Assembly (NCBI GenBank): GCA_044221725.1
Contig: JBGAON010000002.1
Location: forward strand, 544,001 to 608,000
DNA length: 64,000 bases
Origin: Elusimicrobiota bacterium
GTDB lineage: Bacteria; Elusimicrobiota; Elusimicrobia; F11
Direction of reading: 5' to 3'
The notes under the pieces were generated by a model that made no database searches, was not told the origin of the DNA, and worked only from the letters and a program-made list of their open reading frames with translations. This document shows, one piece after another, positions 1 to 8,867 of the stretch (positions are counted from its first letter, which is position 1; every line of letters begins with the position of its first letter). Both the position numbers and the translations under genes were made by a program.

Positions 1-738
1 TGCGTGATCATCAAGCACAACAATCCGTGCGGCGTTGCGACCGCTCTCACACCGGCCGAAGCGTACCGCTGGGCGCTCATGTGCGACCCGGTGAGCGCGT
101 TTGGCGGCATCATTGGTTTTAATCGCGCGGTGGATCGCGAAACGGCCGAAGAGGTGAGCAAGCTTTTCGTTGAGTGCGTGATTGCCCCCAGTTATCACCC
201 CGAAGCGCTGGAAATTTTTAAAGCGAAGAAAAATGTTCGCCTGCTGGAGCAACCGACACTTTTATCAGCGCCGTATCAATCGGACGTTCGTCGTATCTCG
301 GGCGGTTATCTCGTGCAAGATATGGATGTTCTATCCGGTGCCGAATTTAGAGTTGTCACCAAACGTCAACCAACAGAAACCGAACGCGCATCGCTTGATT
401 TTTCGTGGCGCATTGCGAAACATGTGAAGTCGAACGCGATCGTGCTTGCACGCGGTCGGCAAACGGTTGGCATTGGCGCAGGTCAAATGTCGCGCATCGA
501 CAGCATCAAGATTGCGTCGATCAAAATGAAACAAGCGAAGTTGGACGTGGGAGAATCGCTCGTGATGGCATCCGATGCGTTCTTCCCGTTTCGAGATGTC
601 GTTGATGAAGCAGCGAAAATCGGCGTGACCGCCATCATTCAACCGGGCGGCTCGATTCGCGACAACGAATCCATTCAAGCGGCGGACGAACACGGAATAG
701 CCATGGTGTTCACCGGCACGCGCCACTTTAAACATTAA
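1..738 (+). CDS. purH: Bifunctional AICAR transformylase/IMP cyclohydrolase, C-terminal part (5' truncated by window)
   Basis: KHNNPCG, DPVSAFGG, KHVKSNAI, GAGQMSRIDS, SDAFFPF, IQPGGS, RHFKH motifs. Confidence 0.97.
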   Translation, partial: CVIIKHNNPCGVATALTPAEAYRWALMCDPVSAFGGIIGFNRAVDRETAEEVSKLFVECVIAPSYHPEALEIFKAKKNVRLLEQPTLLSAPYQSDVRRISGGYLVQDMDVLSGAEFRVVTKRQPTETERASLDFSWRIAKHVKSNAIVLARGRQTVGIGAGQMSRIDSIKIASIKMKQAKLDVGESLVMASDAFFPFRDVVDEAAKIGVTAIIQPGGSIRDNESIQAADEHGIAMVFTGTRHFKH

Positions 739-762
739 TGAAGGAAGCCGTCGCCGTGAACG

Positions 763-827
763 CGTCATCCTGGCAGGTCTTAAGCCAGGATCCATTTTAG
801 CCCTGGATTGAGCCATTCCAGGCGACG
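763..827. repeat. REP-like palindromic element, family A
   Basis: CGTCATCCTGGC..GCCAGGATCC plus CCCTGGAT..TTCCAGGCGACG; related copies at 3480, 18877, 21606, 23711. Confidence 0.8.
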
Positions 828-845
828 ATTCACTAACGAATTAAT

Positions 846-3470
846 ATGAATATCCGTCAATCTTTTCTTGATTTCTTCAAAAGCAAGGGTCACACCGTTG
901 TACCGTCCGATTCGCTCGTGCCGTCGAGCGACCCGACTCTTCTGTTTACCTCCGCCGGCATGGTGCAATTCAAAGCGCACTTCCTGCAGCAGATTCCGCT
1001 GACGTTCACGCGCGCGGCGTCGAGCCAACGGTGCCTGCGCACAACCGATATTGAATCGGTGGGCCTCACGGCGCGGCATCTGACGTTTTTCGAAATGCTC
1101 GGCAACTTTTCGTTCGGAGACTATTTCAAACAAGATGCGATCGCCTGGGGTTGGGAATTTCTCACAAAAGAGTTGGCGCTCGAGAAAGACCGTCTGTGGA
1201 TTTCGGTTTATAAAGATGACACGGAAGCCGAAAACATATGGAAAAAACTTGTTCCGGCCAATCGCATCAAACGCATGGGCGAAGAATCGAATTTCTGGAC
1301 CATGGGACCAACCGGCCCCTGCGGACCGTGCTCGGAAATTTATTGGGACAAAGAAGGAAAGAAAGATGGCCGGGAGCTGGATGAGTCCGACCGTTTTATG
1401 GAAGTGTGGAACCTTGTGTTCACACAATTCGATCGGCAGGCCGATGGAAAGCTGTTACCGCTGCCAAAGAAGAACATTGATACCGGAATGGGACTTGAAC
1501 GCCTCGTGTCCGTCGTCGAAAACGCGTCAACCAATTTCGACACGTCACTGTTAAGTCCGTTGATTAAATTCGGCGAATCAACCTTCGCCTACAAATACGG
1601 CAGCGACAGAAAGAAAGATATTTCCATGCGCATCATCGCTGATCATTTGCGGGCCGTGACATTCTTATTTTTTGATGGCATCTTGCCGTCGAACGAAGGA
1701 CGCGGTTATGTTTTGCGCAGGCTGTTGCGTCGCGCCACGCGCCAAGGAACGTTGTTCGGCAAAAAAGAGCCGTTCCTTTACAAAGGAGTGAACGTGGTGA
1801 CCGACCTCATGAAAGCCACCGCGCCCGATCTCGTCTCGCGCCAAGAAAATATCGCGCTGCTGTTGCGCCAAGAAGAAGAACGCTTTCATGAAACCTTGGA
1901 GACGGGACTCGAGAAGTTTAAAGATTTGTTGCAGAACGCGAAAGGATCCAAAGTCCTTTCGGGAAAGGACGCATTCCTCTTGTACGGAACTTATGGGTTT
2001 CCTGTGGAAGTGACGAAAGAAATGTTGAGCGAACAAGGCATGATGCTCGATGAAACCGGGTTCAAAAAAGCCGAAGAAGAAGCGCGCGATATTGCGCGCG
2101 AAGGCTGGAAGGGTTCCGGTCAACAAGACGTTACGATATACAACGAATTAAAAAAGAAACTGGGCACGACCCTATTCCGCGGATACGACACGTTGTCCGT
2201 CACGACAGCAATTAAAGCGCTGTTGAAAGACGGAAAAGCGATCGACACGTTAAAGGCCGGAGAGGAAGGCGATGTCATCCTATCGGAAACTCCGTTTTAT
2301 CCGGAAGGCGGCGGACAGGTGGGCGATAAAGGGTGGATCAAATCCACTTCGGGCGATGAACTGGCGCAGGTTCTCGATGCACAAAAACCCGTGCCAGACA
2401 TGGTCGTTCACATTGTGAAAGCGAAAAAAGATTTAAAGGTTGGCGACAAAGTTGAATTCGTTGTCGATAAAAACCATCGCGAGCCCACGAAGCGCCATCA
2501 CACGGCCACGCACTTGTTGCACGCGGCCCTGCGAAAGGTAATTGGCAAGACAGTCACGCAAGCGGGTTCGCTCGTGGAACCGGCGCGTTTGCGGTTCGAC
2601 TACACGCACAGCAAGCCGCTCACGCCCGAGCAAATTCGCGATATCGAAAACGTTGTGAACGACATTGTTCTGCAGAATTTAAAAGTGACTCCGAAAGTTT
2701 TCCCAGCCGAACAAGCCAAAAAGATGGGCGCCATGGCACTCTTCGGAGAGAAATATGGAAACGAAGTGCGTTGCTTGCTCGTGTCCGGAAAAGGTTTTGA
2801 AGATTACGCCGATGCGTTCAGTTTGGAATTGTGCGGCGGCACGCACGTGTCAGCGACCGGCGACATCGGCACCGTTAAAATTGTGAGCGATTCATCGGTG
2901 GCGGCGGGTGTTCGCCGAATGGAGGCCGTGGCAGGGCTCCGTACCATCGATTATCTGCGCGATCAAGAAAGAGGGTTGCAGACAATCGCCGATGCACTGA
3001 AATCGTCTCCCGAAGAAGCCGGTCAACGCGTGAACAAACTTTTGGATCGGCAAAAACAATTGGAACAGGAAGTCCGCGACCTAAAACTAAAGCTCGCTCA
3101 AGGCGGCGGGGGACAATCCAACGCTCCGGCAACGCAGTCGGTGAACGGCACCAATCTTGCCGTAAAGGTTGCCGACGGTCTTGATGTGAAAGAGCTGCGC
3201 ACGCTTGCGGATCGACTAAAAGATCAGATCAAGTCCGGCGTCGTTTTCGCGGCAACGAAGATTGTCGATGAACAGAAAGAAAAGGTCTCTTTCGTTTTTG
3301 CGGTAACCCCCGATCTAAAACCGAAAGGCATTGATGCGGGCAAGCTCGCCAAAGCCGCGGCAGCCGAACTCGGCGGTTCCGGCGGCGGCCGCCCCGACTT
3401 CGCGCAAGGCGGCGGAGAAGGTTTCGAAAAACTGAGCAAGCTCGTCGAAAAAATTCCTACTTTTCTTTAG
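846..3470 (+). CDS. alaS: Alanine--tRNA ligase
   Basis: DPTLLFTSAGM, HLTFFEMLGNFSFGDYFK, DTGMGLERL, HTATHLLH, ELCGGTH, GGGRPDFAQGG. Confidence 0.99.
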   Translation: MNIRQSFLDFFKSKGHTVVPSDSLVPSSDPTLLFTSAGMVQFKAHFLQQIPLTFTRAASSQRCLRTTDIESVGLTARHLTFFEMLGNFSFGDYFKQDAIAWGWEFLTKELALEKDRLWISVYKDDTEAENIWKKLVPANRIKRMGEESNFWTMGPTGPCGPCSEIYWDKEGKKDGRELDESDRFMEVWNLVFTQFDRQADGKLLPLPKKNIDTGMGLERLVSVVENASTNFDTSLLSPLIKFGESTFAYKYGSDRKKDISMRIIADHLRAVTFLFFDGILPSNEGRGYVLRRLLRRATRQGTLFGKKEPFLYKGVNVVTDLMKATAPDLVSRQENIALLLRQEEERFHETLETGLEKFKDLLQNAKGSKVLSGKDAFLLYGTYGFPVEVTKEMLSEQGMMLDETGFKKAEEEARDIAREGWKGSGQQDVTIYNELKKKLGTTLFRGYDTLSVTTAIKALLKDGKAIDTLKAGEEGDVILSETPFYPEGGGQVGDKGWIKSTSGDELAQVLDAQKPVPDMVVHIVKAKKDLKVGDKVEFVVDKNHREPTKRHHTATHLLHAALRKVIGKTVTQAGSLVEPARLRFDYTHSKPLTPEQIRDIENVVNDIVLQNLKVTPKVFPAEQAKKMGAMALFGEKYGNEVRCLLVSGKGFEDYADAFSLELCGGTHVSATGDIGTVKIVSDSSVAAGVRRMEAVAGLRTIDYLRDQERGLQTIADALKSSPEEAGQRVNKLLDRQKQLEQEVRDLKLKLAQGGGGQSNAPATQSVNGTNLAVKVADGLDVKELRTLADRLKDQIKSGVVFAATKIVDEQKEKVSFVFAVTPDLKPKGIDAGKLAKAAAAELGGSGGGRPDFAQGGGEGFEKLSKLVEKIPTFL

Positions 3471-3479
3471 TCGCAATTT

Positions 3480-3558
3480 CGTCCTCCTGACAAGTCTCAG
3501 CCAAGATCATTTTACCGACGGTAATGTGGGCCCTGGATAAAAACATTCCAGGGCGACG
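3480..3558. repeat. REP-like element, family A (degenerate left arm)
   Basis: CGTCCTCCTGAC..CCAAGATC and GGGCCCTGGATAAAAACATTCCAGGGCGACG. Confidence 0.7.
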
Positions 3559-3801
3559 ACCACTGGATTTGTGCTCGAAAGCCTACTTTCTTCCCTAAAT
3601 AAAACCTTAAAACGCCTCGATAAATCAGCTCGTTTCCCGACCTAAGTTGGTGTTTGTCTTCGTCCTGCGGCAAGTTTCTTCCGTCTATATTCTTTAAATC
3701 ACTTCTTTGTCACGACTCTTCTCTACGCTATGAACATGTAGCGCAACCGCTCAACGGTGACGAGCTACAAGAATGCATCGAGTTATCGAGGAGACTCGAT
3801 T

Positions 3802-4395
3802 ATGAATACCCACTGCAACCTGAAGTCGGCGTGGAGATCCTATGTTTATTCGGCCATGCTTATATTGAGCGTTGGGAGTAAGATTCATGCTGGCTATCCA
3901 ACGCCGTCTTCGTATCAACCATCGTCGGGCAGCAGCGACTCTGGATCAACAACGAACCTTGATTCGTTGAGCATGGGTTCCCGATATGATCCATCGGGAA
4001 GCGAATACTCTCCAGATGGCGGTGCCGCAGAGGGCGGCGTCGACGGCCAAATGAACCCGACCCCGGACTGTGAAGGGATGAGGCGGAAAATTCAAAAACT
4101 TAATCAAGACAGAGCCTTTTATCGTTCACTTATGGATGAGTTAATAAAAGAGCGCAACGAGCTGGAAGATGCACTCGCAGACTATAAGGCGGCCGTCAAT
4201 GATTCCAAGAGTAGCCCTCAAGCAAAACAACAATATGAAGAGCAAATTGCAAGGACGGAAGGCGAAATTGCAGCCTTAACCAAACGGATTGATGCCGCTA
4301 GCGACAAAATATATTCGGAGGATCCTCCGGGTATCGATAAGCAATTAGCAATTGAGAATGAAAAATACGCGCGACTCTGCCCTCAAGGGCACTAA
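3802..4395 (+). CDS. Secreted coiled-coil protein with two flanking cysteines (hypothetical)
   Basis: GAGGAG RBS before ATG 3802; signal-like N-terminus; Ser/Gly-rich linker; heptad region bounded by Cys; followed by a terminator. Confidence 0.75.
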   Translation: MNTHCNLKSAWRSYVYSAMLILSVGSKIHAGYPTPSSYQPSSGSSDSGSTTNLDSLSMGSRYDPSGSEYSPDGGAAEGGVDGQMNPTPDCEGMRRKIQKLNQDRAFYRSLMDELIKERNELEDALADYKAAVNDSKSSPQAKQQYEEQIARTEGEIAALTKRIDAASDKIYSEDPPGIDKQLAIENEKYARLCPQGH

Positions 4396-4434
4396 CACCC
4401 ACGCCAAAAGTTAAGCCACACGGGATTTAAATTC

Positions 4435-4468
4435 AGCGGCCTCCTTCGATCGAAGGGGGCCGCTTTTT
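4435..4468 (+). terminator. Rho-independent terminator
   Basis: AGCGGCCTCCTTCG-AT-CGAAGGGGGCCGCT followed by T-run. Confidence 0.8.
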
Positions 4469-4502
4469 CGTGATACAATGCCCGACGTTACCGATGAATA
4501 TT

Positions 4503-4574
4503 GTGCTCGTGGTGAAATGGATATCATTAAGCCCTCCGAAGGCTTCGTTCTGGGTTCGAGTCCCAGCGAGCACG
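4503..4574 (+). tRNA. tRNA-Arg(CCG)
   Basis: Acceptor stem GTGCTCG/CGAGCAC; anticodon arm AAGCC-CTCCGAA-GGCTT; T arm CTGGG-TTCGAGT-CCCAG; no encoded CCA. Confidence 0.95.
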
Positions 4575-4581
4575 CCCAAGC

Positions 4582-4670
4582 CGTCATTCCCGCGAAAGCG
4601 GGAATCCAGGTTTCAAACTATTTTTAGAATCACGTTTACGAACTGGATTCCCGCTTTCGCGGGAATGACG
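4582..4670. repeat. REP/RPE-like element, family B
   Basis: Perfect 28-bp inverted arms CGTCATTCCCGCGAAAGCGGGAATCCAG / CTGGATTCCCGCTTTCGCGGGAATGACG. Confidence 0.92.
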
Positions 4671-5753
4671 ACTGTACTTTCTTTAATTGCTTGTTCAAAC
4701 CTTTCCGCCGCTCCCCGAAGCAACCTGTTGCTGTCCCACAAATCGAAAGTCTGGCGCGTTGAAGCGTCGGGGGTGGCCGAGTCATTGGGGGTGGAGTTTG
4801 AAGGGGGGAACGATGTCGATCATCAAGGCACATCGTCGCCGGTCGTTTCGCCCGATCAAACGTTGTTGGCCTACACAAAAGCGAATGATTTGTGGGTGAT
4901 GAATCTTGCGGATCAGTCGTCGAGTCGGCTCACCAAATACGGACGCGCCGAAACCGCGAACACGACCAGTGTTTATGTTTTGATCTCGGCGTGGTCCTCC
5001 GATAGCCGCCAAATTCTTTATTACGTCTCACATTCCGATGAGGATACGCTCGATGACAGCCAAGCGACACTCGATATTCCGTCAGCACCGTATGGATATC
5101 GCGTTTACGATGTTCTCACGAAAACCAACACGGCGATAAAATTCCCGGGAGAATTTCAGATATGGCTACCCGATGGAAGTTTTCTTTTGACATCGGCCGA
5201 AACCGATTTGTTTGACCAACATCTGTTGCGTTACCACGTGGGCGAAGATTTGCCCCAGCTCGTGACGAATCTACGCGGATGGTGGGGGCAAACCAGCGTG
5301 AGCCCCGACGCGCGCACGCTGCTCATTGCGTTCAGCCAACCGGTACCGTCATCAAAAGACATCAACATGAGCACGGATATTGGCGACACGCCGCAACTCT
5401 CAAGCCGAATTCTCAAATACAATCTGCGCACGGCGAACTTCGTTAACGTGTCGCCGGTTGGGTTCTGGTCCGAATATCAAATGCCAAGCTATTCACCGTC
5501 GGGCAAACGCATCGCGTACGTGCAGCAAAGCGAAATGGACAGCGCCGGTTTTGTGCACGGAAAACTTATCATCGATGGAAAACCCGTGATCGATTTGCCA
5601 CACGCGCCGTTCGAATATTATTGGATCGATGACAACACGCTGACGACCGTTGAAGACGACACGTTGCTCGTCATAAATGCGAACACGGGCCGGGAACTCG
5701 GCCACACGCATCTCGCGGCCGACGAACCGACGCTCACGGCCTCGCCGAAGTGA
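4665..5753 (+). CDS. Exported TolB-like/PD40 beta-propeller protein
   Basis: Repeated VSPDQ, WSSDS, WLPDG, VSPDA, YSPSG motifs; start moved to ATG 4665 because 4470 would read through the tRNA. Confidence 0.75.
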   Translation: MTTVLSLIACSNLSAAPRSNLLLSHKSKVWRVEASGVAESLGVEFEGGNDVDHQGTSSPVVSPDQTLLAYTKANDLWVMNLADQSSSRLTKYGRAETANTTSVYVLISAWSSDSRQILYYVSHSDEDTLDDSQATLDIPSAPYGYRVYDVLTKTNTAIKFPGEFQIWLPDGSFLLTSAETDLFDQHLLRYHVGEDLPQLVTNLRGWWGQTSVSPDARTLLIAFSQPVPSSKDINMSTDIGDTPQLSSRILKYNLRTANFVNVSPVGFWSEYQMPSYSPSGKRIAYVQQSEMDSAGFVHGKLIIDGKPVIDLPHAPFEYYWIDDNTLTTVEDDTLLVINANTGRELGHTHLAADEPTLTASPK

Positions 5754-5779
5754 TCCCTTTCCAAATTAAAAGCGTAAGT

Positions 5780-5785
5780 TATAAT
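5780..5785 (+). promoter_or_regulatory. sigma70-type -10 box; probable leaderless promoter
   Basis: TATAAT 8 nt before ATG 5794, no SD sequence. Confidence 0.55.
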
Positions 5786-5793
5786 CCGCACTT

Positions 5794-6813
5794 ATGATTA
5801 TTGGACTCACGGGGCGGAATGCCTCAGGCAAAGGCGAGGTCGCTAACTATTTAAAAGAACGCGGCTTCACGTTTTATTCGCTGTCAGACGTTCTGCGTGA
5901 AGAACTGAAAAAGAAAAAGAAACCGGTCACGCGCACGAATCTCATTTGGCTGGGAAACAAACTGCGCGATGAGAAAGGCCCGTCGGTTCTTGCCGACAGT
6001 ATTCTCTGCCGTTTGCAAGATGATCATCACTACGTGATCGATTCGTTCCGCAATCCCGAAGAAGTGAAAGCATTCCGCCGCACCAAAGGAAAGGACTTCG
6101 TGCTCATTTCTGTAGAAGCATCACAGCGCCAACGGTTCGAACGGCTTCTCTCGAGAAACCGCGAAGCCGACGCAAAAACGTTTGAAGAATTTGTTCGTCA
6201 TGAAAACAAAGAGCTTCATAGTTCCGAACCCACCAAACAGAACCTAATCGCGTGCGCGGCCCTTGCCGATCATCATTTGCCGAACAATGGCACGCTTGAG
6301 GCGCTGCACAAACGGCTCAATTCCTTTTTCGCGAATCTGCTGATGCACGCGCCGCGTCCTGGATGGGACGAATATTTTATGCGCATCGCGCGCGTGGTTG
6401 CGTCGCGTTCGAATTGCATGAAACGAAAAGTTGCCGCGCTCATCGTGAAAGATGGCCGCATTATTTCAACCGGATACAACGGCACCCCGCGCGGCACCAT
6501 CAACTGCAACGAAGGGGGCTGCCCGCGTTGCAACGCGTTTAAACCCAGCGGACAAGGCCTTTCCGAATGTTATTGCTCGCACGCAGAGGAAAACGCGATT
6601 GTGCAAGCGTCCTATCACGGTATCGGCATTAAAGGCGCCACACTTTATTCGACCTTCTCGCCGTGCCTCATTTGCACGAAAATGATTATCAACTCGGGTA
6701 TCGCTGAAGTCGTGTACAACGAGGCTTACCCCCTCGGCCAGGAAGCATTGGCGCTGCTCAAGAAGCCGCACATCCGCGTTCGAAAATTTGTTTCGACACC
6801 GCTCGACGTGTAA
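5794..6813 (+). CDS. P-loop nucleotide-kinase-like domain fused to dCMP deaminase
   Basis: GLTGRNASGKG Walker A and DSFRN; RPGWDEYFM, STGYNGTP, HAEENAI, PCLIC zinc-deaminase motifs. Confidence 0.9.
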   Translation: MIIGLTGRNASGKGEVANYLKERGFTFYSLSDVLREELKKKKKPVTRTNLIWLGNKLRDEKGPSVLADSILCRLQDDHHYVIDSFRNPEEVKAFRRTKGKDFVLISVEASQRQRFERLLSRNREADAKTFEEFVRHENKELHSSEPTKQNLIACAALADHHLPNNGTLEALHKRLNSFFANLLMHAPRPGWDEYFMRIARVVASRSNCMKRKVAALIVKDGRIISTGYNGTPRGTINCNEGGCPRCNAFKPSGQGLSECYCSHAEENAIVQASYHGIGIKGATLYSTFSPCLICTKMIINSGIAEVVYNEAYPLGQEALALLKKPHIRVRKFVSTPLDV

Positions 6814-6816
6814 GGA

Positions 6817-7353
6817 ATGAAGAAAGCGCTCTTCGCACTGCTGCTCGTCACTGCCGCCCCCGCCGCTCACGCCGCCTTTTACGAAGAAGAACCGAGAATA
6901 TCGACCGAACCCGTTGGATCTCCGTTTTATCGTCACCTCGCGTTCGAACGCAAGGTCGATTTATTGGAACTGGAAAAGTTTGAAAAGCACGGCTTCACGC
7001 GAACCGAAGTCTGCACAATTGTTTTGCTCTCGAGCGCCACGCATGTGCCGATGAAAACCTATGGGAAACGGCGGCTCAAAGAAAAAATCTCCTATGAGAA
7101 ACTGGCCACCGAAGCGCACATCGATTACAGCAAGCTGCGCGAAGACGCGCACGCACTGAAACTTAAGATTGAAGCGATGGGCAGCGACAATTTGCCGCCA
7201 CCGGTTTACGAACCAACACCCGCGCCAACGCCGTCCCCAACCCCGGAACCGCCCAGTTCGAAGAAAGAAAAGAAGAATCAGAAGAAGGAAAAACCGCGGC
7301 AAGAAGAGAAAAGCAGTTCGGACGCGGAACCTGTTCCATCGGAGTTTCAATGA
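6817..7353 (+). CDS. Exported hypothetical protein with Pro/Lys-rich tail
   Basis: Signal peptide MKKALFALLLVTAAPAAHA; coupled to neighbouring genes. Confidence 0.75.
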   Translation: MKKALFALLLVTAAPAAHAAFYEEEPRISTEPVGSPFYRHLAFERKVDLLELEKFEKHGFTRTEVCTIVLLSSATHVPMKTYGKRRLKEKISYEKLATEAHIDYSKLREDAHALKLKIEAMGSDNLPPPVYEPTPAPTPSPTPEPPSSKKEKKNQKKEKPRQEEKSSSDAEPVPSEFQ

Positions 7354-8264
7354 AACTTGATCGCTTAAAACCAATTCATATTCTCATCGGGTTGCACGCA
7401 GCACTGCTGCTGCTCGCGATTGGCGTCATCGTTCGCCAAAAAGGGCGCGCGCCGCTCACGAAAGAAAAGATTGCGCTCGTGGCGATTGATGGGGAAATCT
7501 CCGGTGAGAAAGCGGGTATGGAACGCGGTGTCTCCGTGGGCGACATTGTGGATGCGATCAATGAATTCCGCGACGACGATGCGGTCAAAGCGATGGTGCT
7601 GCGCATCAATTCGCCCGGCGGTTCTGTCGGTGCCGTTCAGGAAATTTACTCGGCGCTCAAAAAATTTCGCGCCAAAAACAAAGTAATTGTTGCGTCCTTT
7701 GGAGATGTGGCGGCCTCCGGCGGGTATTATTTGTCGTGCGCGAGCACAAAAATTGTTTCGGAACCGGGCACGCTCACCGGCTCGATCGGCGTTATCATGG
7801 AAATTCCAAACGTGCAGGGATTGCTCGGGAAAATTGGTATTTCGATGCAAGCGCTTAAGTCTGGTTCCATGAAAGACGCGGGCTCGCCCTTCCGTTCAAT
7901 GACCGACGTCGAAACCGCGTATTTTCAGAAAGTGATCATAGACGCATACGACCAGTTTTTTGCGGCGGTCAAAGAAGGCCGCGCGATGAGCGATGAAACC
8001 CTGCGCCCACTCGCCGATGGGAGAATCTTTACTGGTCGCGATGCCAAAGAAAAACAGCTCGTGGATCAGATTGGAGACCTCGAAGACGCCACCGAACTCG
8101 CGAAGGAGCTCGCTGGCCTCAAGGATAAAAATCCCGAAATTCTTACCTACCATGAAAAAGCATCGTTGGCGCGATTGCTGGATTTGTTTTCGCGTTCGCC
8201 GCTTGGCGACTTAACCGCGGTCGCGAAGCGCGGCAAGATGCGCCTTTGTTATTTGCTGAGCTAA
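7350..8264 (+). CDS. sppA: Signal peptide peptidase (S49)
   Basis: LRINSPGGS, AASGGYY, TGSIGV, ADGRIFTG. Confidence 0.95.
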   Translation: MKLDRLKPIHILIGLHAALLLLAIGVIVRQKGRAPLTKEKIALVAIDGEISGEKAGMERGVSVGDIVDAINEFRDDDAVKAMVLRINSPGGSVGAVQEIYSALKKFRAKNKVIVASFGDVAASGGYYLSCASTKIVSEPGTLTGSIGVIMEIPNVQGLLGKIGISMQALKSGSMKDAGSPFRSMTDVETAYFQKVIIDAYDQFFAAVKEGRAMSDETLRPLADGRIFTGRDAKEKQLVDQIGDLEDATELAKELAGLKDKNPEILTYHEKASLARLLDLFSRSPLGDLTAVAKRGKMRLCYLLS

Positions 8265-8867
8265 ATGGATTTCGAACTACACTCTCCAACATCTCGGCCG
8301 GCATCGTTCAGCGAAAAATTCGAGCGTTTGCTGACGAATCGCGCGTGGGTTTGGCCACGCTGGACGGAAAGGCCGCCGCACGGTCTTGGTCTCGGGATTC
8401 TCTTCGTCGTTTGCGCCGAATTTGCGCTGACGTCCCATTTGCTGCGAATGGAAAACCTTTCGTGGTACGTTGTTCGTGACACCGGCATCGCCGCGCTTAT
8501 TCTGGCCTTCATCGAAGGAGCCTTGGCTCTCATCACAACGCAAGCCGCCACGGTTTTTGAAAAACAAGGAAGCACGCGAACACTTATGACGTTTTTTAAT
8601 CTCAGTCTCGTGCCACTGCTCGCGTATTTGCCGGTGACGCTCGTGCTTGTGATGAGCGGCGCGAATCCGACGTATCGGCTGATTTTTCTGTGCGTGTTTG
8701 TGGTGCAGGTGTTGCTGCGCTGGCAGGAAGCAATCGAACTCATTTACAAACTGTCCAAGACGCAAACGATGATTCTTCTCTACATCCTCTCCGCGGTGAC
8801 GTTCGTCACACTGCTTATTGGCTCCTACATTTTCCTATTTGGAAAATTGGCCGACCTGCTTTCCTAG
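8265..8867 (+). CDS. Polytopic membrane protein (Yip1-like)
   Basis: About 5 hydrophobic helices; abuts sppA. Confidence 0.6.
   Translation: MDFELHSPTSRPASFSEKFERLLTNRAWVWPRWTERPPHGLGLGILFVVCAEFALTSHLLRMENLSWYVVRDTGIAALILAFIEGALALITTQAATVFEKQGSTRTLMTFFNLSLVPLLAYLPVTLVLVMSGANPTYRLIFLCVFVVQVLLRWQEAIELIYKLSKTQTMILLYILSAVTFVTLLIGSYIFLFGKLADLLS

Noticed and set aside
4470..4664. N-terminal extension of the 427-aa ORF
   Set aside because: It reads through tRNA-Arg and a REP (SFPRKRES/WIPAFAGMT are repeat translations).
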